From: Eutreptiella sp. 'Long Island Sound 2002'
Lineage: Eukaryota; Protista; Euglenida
Assembly (NCBI GenBank): GCA_964036045.1
Contig: OZ038378.1
Coordinates: forward strand, 29,946,001-30,010,000
Length of the DNA stretch: 64,000 nucleotides
Direction: 5' to 3'
Notes under the pieces: model-generated
What the model was told of the DNA's origin: nothing
Seen by the model: the letters and a program-made list of their open reading frames with translations, nothing else
Databases searched by the model: none
Program-made: the position numbers and the translations under genes
Shown: in pieces, positions 59,950 to 64,000 of the stretch
How the letters are laid out: each line of letters opens with the position of its first letter
Position numbering within the stretch: position 1 is the stretch's first letter

Positions 59950-61083
59950 CAAGGTGGGGGGGGAGGTGTTTGGGGTAGCGTGGCTAAGTTTAGCCGTAGC
60001 CTTTTCCAATGGTGGCGTCGTGCTTGAAATGGCCCCCCTGTTCATCCATCCTCTAGGGTCACCTGCAGAATCCTCTAGGAGTGGGACCAGCTGAACACAC
60101 ATTTCTAGGAAGAAGTGGAAACAATAGCCCCCCCCCCCCCCCCCCGCAACCGAGAAAGTTTGCAAATCATTTGGAGGTGCCGGTGTTTTAATGTTCTCTC
60201 ATTATCCAAAAATATTCTTTCGTCTTTCACATGCGGTTCTTGTAGTCCTAGGATATTCAGTCGTACCGTTCATATGAATCTAATGATCGAGTGAACTTGT
60301 AGTTGTAAATCCGGGTTGTTGTGCGGTCTCACAAGAAAGGCATTGCAATCAAAATAGCCACCCTCAGGGGCACATCGAAATGACAAAAGGGTTGAATTGG
60401 AAGCAGTGGGGGGGGGGGCATAAAGCGTGGGAATAGGATGATATTGCGGAATGTCTAGGCGGGGGCCCTTGGCAGCCTTAGCATTAGTTGGGGACATCAT
60501 GATGGAAGGTCAGTCCTCTTCCTCTTGAAATCGAAGGCTAGAATTGTCTCCCCCCGTTCTTTTCGGTCCTCCGCTTTTTATTCACCAAAAGCTTTGACGG
60601 TTTTTTTCAGGTGTCCCCGTTGTTGATACTACACCTTGTTGATGATCATCATATGATTATAATTGCCTTGTGTTCTACACCTCTATCAATGAGGCTGGCA
60701 ACCTCCAACGCTTGAACTTTCCGCGTAGAAAACGTCATTTTCGCCACCGACCATCTCATTTTTGTGAAGAAAAAATCCTTATGATGAGACAGTGACAGGA
60801 TGTGCCTTACGACCGGTTTCTTCCAATAGGGCGGGCTCCAATGAGAAAACACACGTCAATTGTACCCCACTCTCACATGACACTTGTGATGTCAAAGTTG
60901 TCACCGTTGAAAGCTGTAACATAGTCCATAGTCTCCTCATTTTTCAAAATGAAACCCATTTTCCACATTTCTTGATTTTTAGTCATCAAAGCTTCCGTGT
61001 GTCTATTGCTAGTCCAATACGGATTTTATTGCAAGATACTCAGATAGGCACGGCCACAAGTTCTAGCGGAAGTCAAGAGCGAT

Positions 61084-62833
61084 TTGACCATATACCAGCA
61101 ACTACTCTTGAATGCGTTTGAACGTGTGGTGCTTACTAATGCGGTATTGATACTGTGGCTATGCCATTCCATGTTTGTACCTCATGATAGGATGTTCTAC
61201 AAAATAGATCAAGGGGCCAAGGAATTTGTGACCATAGCCAAGGGTGTAGACCCTAGGTACAACACTACCCGTAGTGGCGGCACAAAGGAAACTAGGACTT
61301 GGGCTCCCTCAAATGTATTGAGTATACGGAGCTAAGTATATCACGGTCATGCAACACACGTTGAGGGACCCAGATCACCCGATCAAGCAGGCTACTCAGA
61401 GACCAGTGCATCACACCATGGCACCACTTAGGGACTACATCCTTATAGTGGAGCAAATGGGAGTCACAGTGCCATTGCATATGACAGACAGGTAACGACC
61501 TCAAAACAAGACTCGGAGGATGGTACCATGCTACGGGCCCAAGAACAACTGGTGGCTTAGCGGAAAACCGTGCACCATATCATGGCAACGCACATTTCCC
61601 AGATGTGGATGATACCGGCACGACACTGGCAGGGTTCATGCCAATGGTAGTGGATGGCATGGTATGCTATACCAACGGAAGGGACAATGTGGTACAATGG
61701 TGGTAGTAAAAAAGGCCACCGAGCGGTAGTGGGGATAAAGTGTGGCCCACTAGAAATAATAGCAAGGGTGACTGGACCTCAAACATCATACCGCACCAAA
61801 CCACAAGGGGCAGCCATCGTGTGTTCCTTGGCATGCCCTCGCGATGAGTTAGTCATAGACAACCAAGCGGTGGTAGAGTATGGATCAGTGCCACCACACA
61901 GGGAGTGCTTGTCGAGGGTCATCAAGTCGCCAAGCAGTTGAGGTGGCAATGGATACCAAGCCACCGCATCATCCGGCCCCACCATACCAAGGAGGAGAAG
62001 AAGGACCTAAGATGCAATGATGCCCTGGACAAGCCGGCCAAAGCAGCGACTCAACTGCCTTTGCCCGAACCACCAAAGGGTGGGGTGGATAGTGTACTCA
62101 TATGCAACACTGCCGCACCAACACCTGCCAAAAAGTGGATCATGGGGTACCGCCATGAGGCGACATGGGGAGGCACCCGCTAGATCAGCTGGTTGCCACT
62201 CAAAGGGACGCAATGCATGACATGGGTCGCGTGGCTAGGGGGTAATGTGCGATGGCAAGGAACGTCGGCACCATGGGACAAAGGGCAGACAAAGTGTGTC
62301 CTATGTGGGCAGACACATGGAATAACAGTAGCCACCCGGCACCACAAATCACACCTGGGACTCGCTTTGATATATTCAATCAAGGTTTCTGGGACCTGTA
62401 GCCTACTCATTCGGCATTTGTCTTCGGGCGTTGCTGCGTCATACCACTCCTCCATTCTTGGGGCCCTGACCTCCCAACTTTCTATCCACACCTCTTTGAA
62501 AGCTGGTTCCCACTGTGGGCAGTGAGTCAATATGTTATGTTGGGGGTGACGCGTTTGAGAGGGACTCTACCCATGCTGCCAAAGGACGCTGATTGGCAAA
62601 ACGACACTACTGGTTGTGCGTGCTATGGCGTGCTCACGGAGCAAAGGACCACGCCTCAAGTTACGGACAAGAATCTTCGAGACAAGTGCACTACAACCCA
62701 CGTCCACAGAAAGGACGTTCTCGGGTTCTTCGGCACGGAGGCACAAAGAAAGATGATGTGGTGTAAATACCGAAGATACGGAACCAGGTGCGGGCGTACG
62801 CGACAGGAGAGATCACGAGACACAGTAAGGTGA
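61084..62833 (+). pseudogene. 3' part of an RNase H-containing non-LTR retrotransposon
   Basis: WYNGGSK (YTDGS position), GPQTSYRTK, VIDNQAV, WQWIPSH..NDALDKPAKAA, then CVLCGQTH. Confidence 0.75.
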
Positions 62834-64000
62834 CGGCAGGTGATATCCGTGACTAGATATGGATAACACTACATTCACCATGGACCTTGGGCTTCACGCT
62901 AAGGGCCAACATGCCGCTAGGCATGTGTGGGATCATGAAAACGACGTTAGAAAAGATGCACGCAGACGTGTAGGGTATGCTGGGCGCACGGTATAGAGCG
63001 GGAGTGACATTGAGGAAGATAGCCGCCTAGATGAGCTTTGTAACATAGTGGCAGAAACACAACCATTACCACTACGTGCCAAGGACATCGTGAGACAAGT
63101 GTTTAGACGGTGGTGCCGACAAGGGAAGCAGATGAGCACCCAGGGGGTACATGCACCGAGATTGTCTGCCAAAGGTCGGCTAAGAGCGTGCTGGAGGTGG
63201 CATATTGCAGGGTAAAGGAGGAGGTTTGTCAGTACGTGGCGAGACTGTTGGGGTCACATGAGTGGGGAATAGCCATAATGTAGAGGGAGAGTGTTAGTGC
63301 AAGCTGACAGGGCACGGCCAAGGAGAAAGAGGCAGTGGCTCCACCCAAGATGGCGTAGAACCAAAGAATAAAATAACGCACTCGAGGTAGTGGACCCCTG
63401 GGCAGGCGGCCGATGACTCATGGCATGGAGATTGAATAGCTTTACACCCATCCATACTGGCTGCCAAATGTGTGAGAGAGAGGACATGGAGGAGGATGGT
63501 GGGAGGGCTAGGGGCTGCACCATCACTCACAGCGTGTTGTGTAATGAACAAGAGAGCGGAATAATGGAATTGCCGGTGCCTCTTTTACAACTACGCGCAT
63601 GGGACAATCGTTCTCAAGTGTACAGCCTGGAAGCCGAGTGCGTGGCGCTGTGAGCTGTGCGGATGCCAAAATGGGAAACATTGTGCATTGTGTCACTAGT
63701 GCCCCCAACCGAGGGAGGTGAAGCAAGTAGCGATGTCGCGGAAGCCGGCCCCAAAAGGGCAATGTACACGGCCCCAACACTAGCAGAGCAACCACAGCCT
63801 GCAAAGGGGGAAACCGTCCCGTAGAATAGACCACCGACGAGAACGCGGGCGCCACCATCGAAGGTCCAAGGCATCATAGACAAAGCGCCGCAGCCACAAC
63901 AAGAGCCAGCAATGGAGCAAGCGATGCCTGTGAGAGCCTTCGCACATCGAGAGCAGAGTACAAGGGCCTCCCCGGAAACACAGCAAGAGACGGAGGAGAC

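Overview
Repeat-rich nuclear DNA of a euglenid. The evidence is a 25/26 match to the Euglena-type spliced-leader exon at 59925-59949, AG acceptors a few nt upstream of start codons, and TTAGGG-like tracts. Two host genes are recognisable, both on the minus strand: a HAS1/DDX18-like DEAD-box helicase split into 70-217 nt exons by 2-11 kb TE-filled GT-AG introns (3' half apparently off the left edge), and an intronless FN3-THUMP-methyltransferase gene. Most of the rest is hAT, LINE and MITE debris. The standout is a 6.5 kb DNA transposon (474-7012; perfect 25-bp TIRs, 5-bp TSD). It carries an unclassified Academ-like DDE transposase and a spliced ParB-like gene, plus 14 copies of a 20-bp palindrome (CTGGCCGAAATTTCGGCCAG), many spaced about 70 bp apart. 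A second, strongly diverged relative (about 38.2-42.2 kb) has the same gene order but a different 20-bp palindrome (TTTCACTGTCAACAGTGAAA) in equivalent positions. This suggests a ParB/parS-like protein-site module inside eukaryotic transposons. All family assignments are by eye from motifs; no searches were run.
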